64,000 nt of DNA from Patescibacteria group bacterium (GTDB lineage: Bacteria > Patescibacteriota > Patescibacteriia > UBA9934 > GWF2-40-263): the NCBI GenBank assembly GCA_004297215.1, contig SCUM01000001.1:400-64399 (forward strand), written 5' to 3'. The first letter of the stretch is position 1; every line of letters begins with the position of its first letter. Made by a program: the position numbers and the translations under genes. Below the pieces are notes generated by a model. It did not search any database. It was not told the DNA's origin and was given only the letters and a program-made list of their open reading frames with translations. Below are positions 1-9,173 of this stretch, one piece after another.

Positions 1-720
1 GCCGCGTGCGCTCCCAACAACCCGCCCTCGGGCGGAGCGGTCGACACCGACAACGATGGGTACTCCACGGTGGCGGACTGCAACGACAACGACCCGAACG
101 TCCACCCCCAGGCGGCCGACGTGTGCGCCGACGGCGTGGACGCGAATTGCGACGGGAGCGACGCGTGCGTCGCCAACCCGGGCAATCCGTCGTCTCCGCC
201 TTCGGCAAGTTATGCCTTGGAGGTGAAGCCTGGGGACGCGAGCGGGCACAAGAAGGAGTTGTGTGGCGTGCCGGTGTTCCACCGGGCGAGCCACCAGGGC
301 GCCCCGGCGTACTGGGTCCCGTTCAAGGGGCACTTCCCGGCCTCGGCCAACATCCAGATGGGAGCCTTGAACGAAAGCCTCAAGGTGTACATGCGGGCTG
401 CGGACGGGAAGTACTGTCTCGACCTTTCCAAGTTCGGGGCGGACGTGACCTTCGAAGGGGTGCTTGTGAGTTCGATCGAGCAGAATTCGGACAGCGCACC
501 CGCGCCCGTGCATATCACGGACCCGGGCGGCTGGGATTACTCCGAGAATTATGAGTTCTGCGGAGCGGGCCGTCCGATCTGCGAGATGGATAGTGACAAC
601 TCGTCCTACTTCCGGGAGAGGGTGAAGTACTCGGCAGCCACGGACACGGCCGTCGAGGACGGGAACGGGTGCGCGTCCGGCCAGGACTACAACCCATTCC
701 AGGACCTCTGCATCGGGTAG
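1..720 (+). CDS. Cys/Asp-rich surface protein (5'-truncated) with a MopE-like putative metal-binding motif and a shared C-terminal domain
   Basis: Frame is open from base 1 (AACAPNNPPSGGAVDTDNDGYSTVADCNDNDPNVHPQAADVCADGVDANCDG). The C-terminal ~160 aa resemble the next two ORFs. Confidence 0.8.
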   Translation, partial: AACAPNNPPSGGAVDTDNDGYSTVADCNDNDPNVHPQAADVCADGVDANCDGSDACVANPGNPSSPPSASYALEVKPGDASGHKKELCGVPVFHRASHQGAPAYWVPFKGHFPASANIQMGALNESLKVYMRAADGKYCLDLSKFGADVTFEGVLVSSIEQNSDSAPAPVHITDPGGWDYSENYEFCGAGRPICEMDSDNSSYFRERVKYSAATDTAVEDGNGCASGQDYNPFQDLCIG

Positions 721-748
721 GCTCGAGAAGCGAGGCTACGGCGACACG

Positions 749-789
749 CCCCGAGACATGCGATACGCGCATGGCTCGGGGCTCTTTTT
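749..789 (+). terminator. Probable intrinsic terminator
   Basis: Imperfect GC stem (cccgagacatgcg...cgcatggctcggg) followed by a T-run, downstream of the stop at 720. Confidence 0.55.
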
Positions 790-828
790 ATGCGCGTGTG
801 ACGGGCCTCTGGGGGTGGGTGTAAGGTG

Positions 829-857
829 TTGACAGAAGAGAATTTTCTTGATAGAAA
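829..857 (+). promoter_or_regulatory. Sigma70-type promoter
   Basis: TTGACA at 829-834, 17-bp spacer, TG-n-TAGAAA at 849-857; SD-like GAAAGGA at 881-887. Confidence 0.55.
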
Positions 858-891
858 ACTCCCTTCGCTCATTCTTACCAGAAAGGAACCG

Positions 892-1716
892 ATGAAACGC
901 CTATTCTGCGGTCTGTTCCTTGTCGCGTCCGCATACGCCGCCGGGTGCACCCCGCCGGTGTATGCATGCGGGTCCGACGCGGATTGTTCACCAGGAAATG
1001 CCTGTTCGGCCGGCTCGTGTATCGACGTCTCTCAACCGGACCCGGAGCTCGACGGGGGAATCCCTCCGCAGGATGCCGGCACCGATGCCGGGTTCGACGA
1101 TGCGGGGGAGGCTGATGCCGGTGAAACGGACGCCGGTCCTTTCGACGCCGGGGAAGACCCAGACGCCGGTGAGCCTGATGCCGGCGTCGATGCCGGGCCC
1201 GGAGAAGGCGAGGGGGAGGGCGAAGGAGAGCCCGTGTTCGGCCTGGAGAATGAAGATGCAGACCCGGACCCGGAGCTGATCTGCCTTGGCCCAGGCGGGT
1301 TCCATCGACCGTCCCACGAGACGGCTGACGCGTACCTCATCCCGACCAACGGTGCGCTCGGAGTGGGGGTGGCGATCGATGAGCGGTTCCGCATCCCCTA
1401 TCGGCCGGCGGAAAACCGCTGGTGCTTCTCCTGGGCCTCGTTCCTTGTCGACGTCTGCTTCGAAGGATTCGTCGTGAGCGCGCTCGAGCGGAGCTCGGAC
1501 ACCGAACCTGCTCCGCTGAACATGTCGGATCCTGGCAGCTATGACTACTATGAGTTGTTCCCGACCTGCTCGGTAGGGACAACCCTGTGCGATCGCGACC
1601 AGGACAACGTGGACCAGTATCTCATTGATGGATGCTGGCGTGCGGCAGAGGCCAACTTTGAGCCCACCGGGGACGGATGCACGCCAGCCGATCCCGCGGC
1701 ATCCTGTCCTGACTGA
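892..1716 (+). CDS. Predicted lipoprotein with DAG/GEGE low-complexity linker and shared C-terminal domain
   Basis: MKRLFCGLFLVASAYAAG-C lipobox, EGF-like Cys module, DAG repeats, GEGEGEGEG. Start chosen after the SD. Confidence 0.8.
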   Translation: MKRLFCGLFLVASAYAAGCTPPVYACGSDADCSPGNACSAGSCIDVSQPDPELDGGIPPQDAGTDAGFDDAGEADAGETDAGPFDAGEDPDAGEPDAGVDAGPGEGEGEGEGEPVFGLENEDADPDPELICLGPGGFHRPSHETADAYLIPTNGALGVGVAIDERFRIPYRPAENRWCFSWASFLVDVCFEGFVVSALERSSDTEPAPLNMSDPGSYDYYELFPTCSVGTTLCDRDQDNVDQYLIDGCWRAAEANFEPTGDGCTPADPAASCPD

Positions 1717-1722
1717 ATGTCT

Positions 1723-1761
1723 GCCCCCCGAAGCTCATCAGAGCAAAGGGGGGTCTTTTTC
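1723..1761 (+). terminator. Probable intrinsic terminator
   Basis: cccccc...gctc atca gagc...gggggg stem followed by tctttttc. Confidence 0.55.
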
Positions 1762-1790
1762 TTGACAAAATGGAAAAAGCATGATACAAA
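1762..1790 (+). promoter_or_regulatory. Sigma70-type promoter
   Basis: TTGACA at 1762-1767, 17-bp spacer, TG-a-TACAAA at 1782-1790. Confidence 0.55.
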
Positions 1791-1929
1791 AAGTAGTCAT
1801 TTTTTGGCTAATGTTCGCTACTTGACCCAGCCTTTTCTTGAAGGGCTGGGTCAAGTCACGACCTTCACAACAGCCCTGCCGCACGTGACTTGTGATGCGG
1901 CATTGGCGACAAACGCGGAGTAGAGACCG

Positions 1930-4533
1930 ATGAAAAGCTCCCTGATGACTCTGATCGGGCTTTTGTTCCTGTTCGTCGCCGGTTGCGGCGGCTGCGGGAA
2001 CGATCCCCCCGCCGAAGGCGAAGGGGAGGGGGAAGGAGAGGGAGAATGCGGACCTGGTGTGTTTTGCCCCGACGGCTTCGGCTGTCGTGACCACGACGAC
2101 GGCATCGGCCCTCATTGCGAGCCGGTCGTCGGCGAGGGAGAAGGTGAAGGTGAAGGAGAGGGGGAAGGTGAAGGAGAAGGTGAAGGAGAAGGCGAGGGAG
2201 AGGGAGAGCCCCCCTGCGAGCGCAAGATCCTGTTTCCCGACACGGACGACGACGGCTTCGGCGACACGGATGCGTCGGCCGCGGATCTCGTCCTCGACTG
2301 CGAACGGGACGGGTATGCGGACAACGACCGCGACTGCGACGATGACGATCCTGACATCAACCCGGGCGCGCAAGAGGTCTGCGACGCTCTCGACGTTGAC
2401 GAGGACTGCGACGGCATCGGCGACGAGCCGACGGCCGAAGGCACGTCCACGTGGCATCGAAATGCCGACGGCGACCCGTACGGCGATGCGAATGACGTGG
2501 GCGTGAATGCCTGCGATCCGTTGCCGGACAGGTCGACGCTCGACGCGACGGATTGTGACGACGGCAACGTCCTCATCCATCCGGGCGCGCCGGAGCTCTG
2601 CGCCACCGTGGACGTCGATGACGACTGCGATGGCGAGAAAGACGAACCCGGCGCCCCCGACGTGACCACGTGGTTCCCGGACGGTGACGGTGATGCCTAC
2701 GGCGATGATGACGCCCCGGTTTCGGAGCTCGTCGTCGCCTGTCAACGACCGGCCGGTTTCGTGGCCATTCGCGGCGACTGCGACGATGGCGACCGGTTCA
2801 CCCATCCGGAAGCCGCCGAGACCTGCGACCACGTCGACAACGACTGCGACGGCGACGTCGACGAAGGGGTCACCGCGACCCTGTTCGAAGACGCCGACGG
2901 CGACGGCAACGGCAACCCGCTCGCGCCGGTGGAGGCGTGCTGGCCCGGCGGTCCTGGGTTGTCGCGAGACGAACTCGACTGCGACGATACGGATCCGAAT
3001 CTCGACGAGCGCGACCGGGACGGCGACCACGACAGCACCTGTTCGGGCGACTGCGACGACCGGGATCGACTGCGACAATCGCTCGACATGGACCGGGACG
3101 GCGACAGCACCTGCGAAGGGGACTGCGACGACCAAAATCCGCGTCGCGCGCCGGGCAAGCCGGAAATCTGCGAACTCGTGAACGGCGCGGCGTTTGACGA
3201 CGACTGCGACGGGAAGGCCGACGATCTCGACACGGACGGCACGGTACTCGGCCGCACGGTGTTCCTGCGCGACCTCGACCGCGACGGGTATGGCGACAGC
3301 GCCGACGCCCTGCTGCGGTGCGTGAGGCCGGACGGGTATGTGGTCCCGCAGGTCGTGAACGATTGCCGCCCGCTCAACGAGGAGATCCATCCCGGCGCCC
3401 AGGACATCTGCGGCAACGGGAAGGACGAGGATTGCAGCGGCACGGACGCGATCTGTCCGGTCCCGGATGCTGGCCCTGCGGAAGGCGAAGGGGAGGGGGA
3501 AGGCGATGCCGGAACCCCGACGCCTTGCGGCGGAAACTGTGGCCCTGGGACGACGTGCAACGAGGTCACGGGCTTGTGCGAGGTCGCTCCGATTCCGCCC
3601 CCGTGCGACGGGCGTTGCGGACCCGGAACGACCTGCGACGAGGCGACCGACCTGTGCATGCCCGATCCGATCCCTCCGGACGCCGGTTCTCCTGATGCCG
3701 GTCCTGCCGACGCGGGATTCCCCGACGCCGGACCCGCCGAGGGCGAGGGTGAAGGAGAGGGAGAAGGCGAAGGCGATGCCGGTACCGCGCTCCCGTGCGA
3801 CGGGCGTTGCGGGCTCGGGACGACCTGTGACGAGACGACGGATCTGTGCATGCCGAACCCCGTCGACGCCGGACCCGCCGAGGGCGAGGGCGAAGGGGAA
3901 GGTGATGCCGGGACTCCGTCGCCCTGTGGCGGGAACTGCGGACCCGGGACGACCTGCAACGAGTCGACCGACCTGTGCGAGCCCGACGCTTCTCCCGATG
4001 CCGGACCCGGAAGCGGGGAAGGCGAGGGAGAGGGAGAGGGTGAAGGCGAAGGTGAGGGCGATGGCGGGGTGACGGTCGGAATCGAAGCGGACGTGAATGG
4101 ACACCAAAACCTGGTGTGCGCCACGCTCGTCTTCAACCTCGCCTGCCATGACGGCGAGGATGCGTTCATCCTCGCCGAACTCGTGAGCGGAGTCCCCGGA
4201 GCTTTGCCGAACGTGTTGAGTGAAAACCTGCGCGTGTCGCCGCGGCTCTCCGACGGGGCGTACTGCTACGACCCGTCCAGGTTCGGCGGGGACGTGCGGA
4301 TCAGGGACGCCTTGTACGTGAGCGCTTTCGAGCGCGACTCGTGCACGGCACCTGCTCCGGCGGACCTGGCGACGACGCAAGATGCGAGCTACGATTACGT
4401 CGACATGCGCTCAGCGTGCGTGGAAGGCGACCCGCTGTTCGGGACCGCAGACACCGGGATCACGTTCGTGTCGTTCCGCTACTTCGCGAGCACGGATACC
4501 ACGGTGGGCACGAACGACGGCACCTGTCAGTGA
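1930..4533 (+). CDS. Large predicted lipoprotein with multiple MopE-like metal-binding repeats, four Cys modules, GEGE tracts and the shared C-terminal domain
   Basis: Signal peptide with lipobox VAG-C; repeated DCDDxD...PGAxExC...DxDCDG motifs; four PC(G/D)GxCGxGTTCxExTxLC modules. Confidence 0.85.
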   Translation: MKSSLMTLIGLLFLFVAGCGGCGNDPPAEGEGEGEGEGECGPGVFCPDGFGCRDHDDGIGPHCEPVVGEGEGEGEGEGEGEGEGEGEGEGEGEPPCERKILFPDTDDDGFGDTDASAADLVLDCERDGYADNDRDCDDDDPDINPGAQEVCDALDVDEDCDGIGDEPTAEGTSTWHRNADGDPYGDANDVGVNACDPLPDRSTLDATDCDDGNVLIHPGAPELCATVDVDDDCDGEKDEPGAPDVTTWFPDGDGDAYGDDDAPVSELVVACQRPAGFVAIRGDCDDGDRFTHPEAAETCDHVDNDCDGDVDEGVTATLFEDADGDGNGNPLAPVEACWPGGPGLSRDELDCDDTDPNLDERDRDGDHDSTCSGDCDDRDRLRQSLDMDRDGDSTCEGDCDDQNPRRAPGKPEICELVNGAAFDDDCDGKADDLDTDGTVLGRTVFLRDLDRDGYGDSADALLRCVRPDGYVVPQVVNDCRPLNEEIHPGAQDICGNGKDEDCSGTDAICPVPDAGPAEGEGEGEGDAGTPTPCGGNCGPGTTCNEVTGLCEVAPIPPPCDGRCGPGTTCDEATDLCMPDPIPPDAGSPDAGPADAGFPDAGPAEGEGEGEGEGEGDAGTALPCDGRCGLGTTCDETTDLCMPNPVDAGPAEGEGEGEGDAGTPSPCGGNCGPGTTCNESTDLCEPDASPDAGPGSGEGEGEGEGEGEGEGDGGVTVGIEADVNGHQNLVCATLVFNLACHDGEDAFILAELVSGVPGALPNVLSENLRVSPRLSDGAYCYDPSRFGGDVRIRDALYVSAFERDSCTAPAPADLATTQDASYDYVDMRSACVEGDPLFGTADTGITFVSFRYFASTDTTVGTNDGTCQ

Positions 4534-4561
4534 CCACGCCTGCTGCGCGATGAGGAGGCCT

Positions 4562-4598
4562 AGCTCCGGACCAACGATGGTCCGGGGCTCTTTTTTTT
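4562..4598 (+). terminator. Intrinsic terminator
   Basis: agctccggacca acga tggtccggggct hairpin followed by 8 T. Confidence 0.8.
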
Positions 4599-4612
4599 GG
4601 TAAAATGCACGC

Positions 4613-6145
4613 ATGCGCATTGATTTGCGGGCGGCGTACCGCCTGTCGGAGGAGCATGGAAGGCGTTTGGTGGCCGGGCTGTTCATCGCGCTGGCGTTGC
4701 TTGCGGCCGCGCAGGCCGTGTTTTCGCCTCTCGTCGTCCTGTCGGCCATCCTCTCGGCCGTGTTCGTGGTGATGACGTTCCTGCGCCCGCTGTGGACCGT
4801 GGCGTTCCTGGCGGTGTATCTCCCGTTTGAGCCGTTCCTGCTCAAGTTCATGCCCGAAGAGATCTACCTGTTCGCGCGGTTCTTTTCGGAAGGGCTCATC
4901 TACCTGCTGTGCGCCGTGGTCGCCTGGCGGTCGGTCACCGGGCAGGGGAAGCTGGAACAGACCCCGGCGGGGCTGCCGTTCATGCTGTTCCTGCTGGTGC
5001 TTGCGGCCTCCGTGGCAATCAACGCAGTGGACCCCACCGTGGCTGCGCTGGGCATCCGCCAGATCATCCGGTTCGTGCTGGTGTTCTTCGTCGTCGTGTT
5101 CCTGCGGCCTCCCAAAGGGTTCGCGCTGCGGCTCACGTACGTGATGCTGGGCGTCGTCTTCCTGCAATCCGTGATCGCGCTCACGCAGTCCTTCATCGGC
5201 GAGCCTTTCGACGCGCTCTTGTTGTCGTCCGACGCCCGGACGTTCGGGGACATCACACTCACCGCGGGCGTGGAGCAGTTCTGGGACCCGGGTTCGCGCG
5301 TGTTCGCCACGCTCGGCCGGTACGACCGGCTGGGGAATTTCCTGGCGTTCTTCCTGCCGTTCGGGGTCGCCATGCTCTATGAGCCGGCCTGGCGCAAGGA
5401 GCGCGGCGACCTGTCCTGGCTGTTCGCGCTCGCGCTTCCGGCCCTGGCGCTCACCTATTCCCGCGCCTCCTGGTTCGCCTTCCTGCTCGCGTTCCTGTTC
5501 ATCGCCCTCGTGCTCAGGCGCGACAAGCGCGTGGCGGCGGCGTTCGCGTCCGTGGCGATCGTCGCCGGCCTCTACGTGTTCGCGAGCGGGTTGAACGTGC
5601 GGTTCATCACCGAGGCGCCCGGACAGACGCTAGTGGAACGCTTCTACGAGACGTTCAGCTATGCAAGGTGGCGCGGGGAATACTACGGGCTCGGGCGCGT
5701 GTTCTGGCTCGTGCAGACCCCGCTCACCGTGGTTCCCGCCTCGCCGCTGTTCGGGTTCGGGCCAGGGCAGTACGGCGGGGGAGCCGTGGCCGCGCTGCAT
5801 AACACCGCCGCCTACGACGCGCTCGGCCTGCCGTTCGGCGTGTTCGGGACCGAAGGGGCCATCGACAACAACTGGTTCTCGATGTGGGGCGAGACCGGCA
5901 CCGTCGGCATCGCCCTGTTCTTGTGGATGTACGTCGGCCTGTTCGCCTACGCCGTGCGCATGGCGCGAGCGCATGCGGATCCGCAGGTGCGCGCGCTCGC
6001 GGCAGGCTATGCCGCGGCGCTCGTCGGTTTCGCGCTCATCGGGCTGTTGTCTACCGCGTTCGAGATCCGCACGAACGGATACTATTTTTGGCTGTTCGGC
6101 GGGTTGTTGGTGGCTTTAAATAGGCGTGAAGGCCTTAGGCGATAA
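4613..6145 (+). CDS. O-antigen ligase/polymerase-family membrane protein
   Basis: Many TM segments, RVFATLG...N, LTYSRASW motif, late FGFGPG and DNNW...ETG motifs typical of WaaL/Wzy_C. Confidence 0.8.
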   Translation: MRIDLRAAYRLSEEHGRRLVAGLFIALALLAAAQAVFSPLVVLSAILSAVFVVMTFLRPLWTVAFLAVYLPFEPFLLKFMPEEIYLFARFFSEGLIYLLCAVVAWRSVTGQGKLEQTPAGLPFMLFLLVLAASVAINAVDPTVAALGIRQIIRFVLVFFVVVFLRPPKGFALRLTYVMLGVVFLQSVIALTQSFIGEPFDALLLSSDARTFGDITLTAGVEQFWDPGSRVFATLGRYDRLGNFLAFFLPFGVAMLYEPAWRKERGDLSWLFALALPALALTYSRASWFAFLLAFLFIALVLRRDKRVAAAFASVAIVAGLYVFASGLNVRFITEAPGQTLVERFYETFSYARWRGEYYGLGRVFWLVQTPLTVVPASPLFGFGPGQYGGGAVAALHNTAAYDALGLPFGVFGTEGAIDNNWFSMWGETGTVGIALFLWMYVGLFAYAVRMARAHADPQVRALAAGYAAALVGFALIGLLSTAFEIRTNGYYFWLFGGLLVALNRREGLRR

Positions 6146-6551
6146 GGCCTTAGGATGGTATGGTGAAGACATTCCAAGACTTGATCGTCTGGCAGAAAGC
6201 GATGGTAGTGACTGAAAGGATTTATGCAATTACGAAATCGTTCCCGAAAGATGAGATGTTCGGTCTCACGTCCCAAATGCGCAGAAGCGCGGTTTCCGTC
6301 CCTTCTAATATTGCCGAAGGTAAATTACGGGGTACTCCTGCTGAGTTCAGACGTTTTCTATCCATTGCGTTCGGTTCTTGCGGAGAGCTTCAAACGCAGC
6401 TGTTGTTAGCGGTCCGCATCGGTTATCTTTCTCAATCGCAAGCGCAGGACATACTGAATCACCTCAATGAGGTGCTTCTCATGACCAACGAACTAATCCT
6501 ACGGAATTCACCCCATTCCTGAGGCCTTATCGCCTAAGGCCTTCACGCCTA
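6121..6551. mobile_element. Four-helix-bundle gene cassette bounded by perfect 30-bp inverted repeats (filled family-A element)
   Basis: 6121-6150 taggcgtgaaggccttaggcgataaggcct is the exact reverse complement of 6522-6551. The enclosed DNA is visibly lower in GC than the flanks. Mobility is inferred. Confidence 0.7.
6160..6522 (+). CDS. Four helix bundle protein (23S rRNA-IVP / bAvd-like family)
   Basis: FQDLIVWQKA...FPKDEMFGLTSQMRRSAVSVPSNIAEG...RFLSIAFGSCGELQTQL signature. Confidence 0.93.
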   Translation: MVKTFQDLIVWQKAMVVTERIYAITKSFPKDEMFGLTSQMRRSAVSVPSNIAEGKLRGTPAEFRRFLSIAFGSCGELQTQLLLAVRIGYLSQSQAQDILNHLNEVLLMTNELILRNSPHS

Positions 6552-6566
6552 CGGCCTTATCGCCTT

Positions 6567-7781
6567 ATGACAGTCCTCCAGGTCAACAAATTCTGGTTCG
6601 CGCGCGGCGGGGCCGAACGATACGCCCTCGATCTTTCCGACTGGTTGTCCGCGCAAGGCCACGCGGTCGTGCCGTTTGCCATGGCGCATCCGGACAACAT
6701 CCCGACGCCCTATGACGGGTTATTCCCTCCGTTTCGCGACACCGAGCATGTCCGCTTCGGCGCGTCCGGCCTGCGCACCTTCCTTAGCATGGGCTGGAAT
6801 CGGGCCGCGCGTCGGGGGATGAAGACGCTGATACGGCAAACGCGGCCGCACGTCGCCCATGTCCACAACATTTACACCCAGCTTTCGCCATCCGTGCTCG
6901 ATGCGCTTTCCAAAGAAAAGGTCCCGTGCGTGTATACGGTCCATGACCATCACCTGGTTTCCCCGTCATACAACCTCTGGGCGGACGGATGCGGACCGAG
7001 CATCGAAGGGAAAGGTGTCGTCGCGGCAACGATGAGCCGATTCCATAAGAAGTCATACGTCGCGTCGTTCGCGCAGGCATTCACCTTTGCCGCACACCGT
7101 CGATCCAAGGCGTATCAGGTCGGCATAGACGCCTATCTTTGTCCGAGCGAATACATGGCCCGTCGCCTCGTTGCGGCCGGGTTCCCGGAGGAAAAGATCC
7201 GCCATCTTCCTCACGGGATCGATCCTGATGCCGTGGCACCGCGGTTCGACCATGACGGATACGTGCTGTTCGTCGGCCGCCTGGTCCCGGAAAAAGGGGT
7301 CGAGACGGTGCTGCGGGTGGCAAGAGTGCTGCCGGAGGTGCGATTCCGCATCGTTGGGACCGGTCCGGACGAGACGCGGCTGCACGTGCTCGCCCATGGC
7401 CTGACGAACGTGGAATTCCTTGGATCCCGATTCGGGGTCGATCTCGACGAACTCTATCGCGGCGCAGCGGCCGTGCTCATTCCTTCGCGCGTGCACGAAG
7501 TGTTCCCGCTCGTCGCCCTCGAGGCGATGCGCGCGGGAAAGCCGGTGGCGGCGAGCCATGTCGGCGGCATGTCCGAAGTGGTGACGGACCGGGTGACCGG
7601 CTTCCTCGTGAACCCGCTCGACATGCACGGATGGGCCGAGGCCGTGCTGCGGATGGTATACGACGACGCGGCCCGCCGCTCGATGGGCCGTGAAGGGCGG
7701 CGCCAGGCGGAAACGACCTTCCATGTCCGGAGGCATAGGGAGAAATTGATGGGGATATACAGGGAGATAGGAAAAACTTGA
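6567..7781 (+). CDS. GT4 glycosyltransferase
   Basis: GGAERY, FVGRLVPEKG, EVFPLVALEAM, GT-B fold motifs. Confidence 0.9.
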   Translation: MTVLQVNKFWFARGGAERYALDLSDWLSAQGHAVVPFAMAHPDNIPTPYDGLFPPFRDTEHVRFGASGLRTFLSMGWNRAARRGMKTLIRQTRPHVAHVHNIYTQLSPSVLDALSKEKVPCVYTVHDHHLVSPSYNLWADGCGPSIEGKGVVAATMSRFHKKSYVASFAQAFTFAAHRRSKAYQVGIDAYLCPSEYMARRLVAAGFPEEKIRHLPHGIDPDAVAPRFDHDGYVLFVGRLVPEKGVETVLRVARVLPEVRFRIVGTGPDETRLHVLAHGLTNVEFLGSRFGVDLDELYRGAAAVLIPSRVHEVFPLVALEAMRAGKPVAASHVGGMSEVVTDRVTGFLVNPLDMHGWAEAVLRMVYDDAARRSMGREGRRQAETTFHVRRHREKLMGIYREIGKT

Positions 7782-7916
7782 AACGTGAAAACTTGAAATC
7801 TTGAAAGGGAGAGGAAAAGGCTGGAAGAATGAAAAAGCGAAACGTTTCAAACCGTTTCGCTTTTTCGTCCTTTCACGTGTCCGTTGGTCCTTCAAGTTTT
7901 CACGTTTCAAGTTTTC
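7773..7916. repeat. Family-D inverted-repeat element (AAACTTG/AAACGTG units) between convergent genes
   Basis: 7773-7797 aaaacttgaaacgtgaaaacttgaa is the perfect inverted repeat of 7891-7915; an inner stem lies at 7831-7866. Confidence 0.9.
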
Positions 7917-7918
7917 GT

Positions 7919-9076
7919 TCACGTCGCTTCCTGCCACGTGCGCTCGGCGAGCGCGGCTTCGTACAGGTAGCCAGTGGTGTCCGCGATGTCGCCCCAGTCA
8001 TAGGAACGGGCCACGTACACGCGGGCCTCGCGACCGATCATACGCGCCTCATCGGGGTGCGTGAGGATCCATTCGAGCTTGATGGCGAGATCGCGCGCAT
8101 CGGCACGGCGGAAGACGAGACCGTGCTCCTCGGTGAGCTCGCGGTTTTCCGGGATGTCCGAGGAGAGCACCGCCTTGCCATGCGACATGGCTTCCAGGAT
8201 CGCGAGCGGGAGCCCTTCGGAATCCGACGGATGGACGTTCGCGGCCGCATGGGCGAACAGGGTGGAAAGCTCAATGCCAGAGCGGGGCCCGGTGAGCACG
8301 ATGGAATCATCGTCCTCGCACGAGGCGCGCAGTTCGTCCACATAGCCGTCGGTGAACGCTCCGCCGCCGACGATGGCCAGCTTCCAACCCATCACGATGT
8401 CCGGGCGGCGCTCACGCAGGGCCTTCCAGGCCTCGACGAGCAGGTGGGCTCCCTTGTGGCGCACGAGGCGGGCGCAGAACATGAGGTACTTGCCCGGCAC
8501 GAGATCGAAGGCTTCGAGGAGGGAAACGTCCGTCCATTCCGGAGCGCGGGCGCCGTTTGGCACATACACCGTGTCGGCCGAGTAGGAGAGGCGGCAGTAG
8601 GACTGCAGCGTCTTCGACACCGCGATGGTGGCATCCGGCGCGTAGCAGGACATCCACTCGCCAAGGTGCAGCGCCATGCGGGCGATCAGGTTCCATTTCT
8701 GATGGTGGCGGTCGATGCAGTGGAAGGTGACAAGCACCGCGGCGCGCGGACGCAGGAGCTTGGGGAGCCAGGAAAGAAGGGCCGGGCCGACGCCGTGGAT
8801 GTGGAACACGTCCGCATCCTCGCGCGCGGCGCGCACGATGGCGAGGAAGGCGTGCGTGATGGCGTCCAGGTGCTTGGTGCGGATGGACGGCACGGTGAGA
8901 CAGCGCACGCCGCGATGGGCATACTCACGCTCCTTGCGCCCGGTGTACCAGGAACGGCAAAACACGAGCACCTCGTGCCCGCGCGCGGCGAGCTCAACCG
9001 AGAGCTCTTCCACGTGGCGCTCAATCCCGCCGGAGACGGCGGGAACGCCCTTTTGTCCGATCATCGCGATTTTCAT
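7919..9076 (-). CDS. GT4 glycosyltransferase
   Basis: MKIAMIGQKG..GGIERH, RLVRHKG, EGLPLAILEAM. Start at the ATG at 9076. Confidence 0.9.
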   Translation of the reverse strand: MKIAMIGQKGVPAVSGGIERHVEELSVELAARGHEVLVFCRSWYTGRKEREYAHRGVRCLTVPSIRTKHLDAITHAFLAIVRAAREDADVFHIHGVGPALLSWLPKLLRPRAAVLVTFHCIDRHHQKWNLIARMALHLGEWMSCYAPDATIAVSKTLQSYCRLSYSADTVYVPNGARAPEWTDVSLLEAFDLVPGKYLMFCARLVRHKGAHLLVEAWKALRERRPDIVMGWKLAIVGGGAFTDGYVDELRASCEDDDSIVLTGPRSGIELSTLFAHAAANVHPSDSEGLPLAILEAMSHGKAVLSSDIPENRELTEEHGLVFRRADARDLAIKLEWILTHPDEARMIGREARVYVARSYDWGDIADTTGYLYEAALAERTWQEAT

Positions 9077-9173
9077 ACGACGCGCAACTATAGCAAAAAA
9101 CCCCTGTTTCGTCAACCCCGACGCTTCGGTCGGGACAGGGGGTTTTCGCCCGTGAAAAACAGGGGGATTTCTG

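Noticed and set aside
6160-6522. Diversity-generating retroelement or 23S rRNA intervening sequence
   Set aside because: No reverse transcriptase, no TR/VR pair and no rRNA sequence were seen in the window; only the Avd/IVP-like gene is present.
7773-7916. Junction hairpins as ordinary rho-independent terminators
   Set aside because: They are much longer, periodic and repeated in families, and many lie inside co-directional operons without a U-tract. A terminator role remains possible for the convergent copies.
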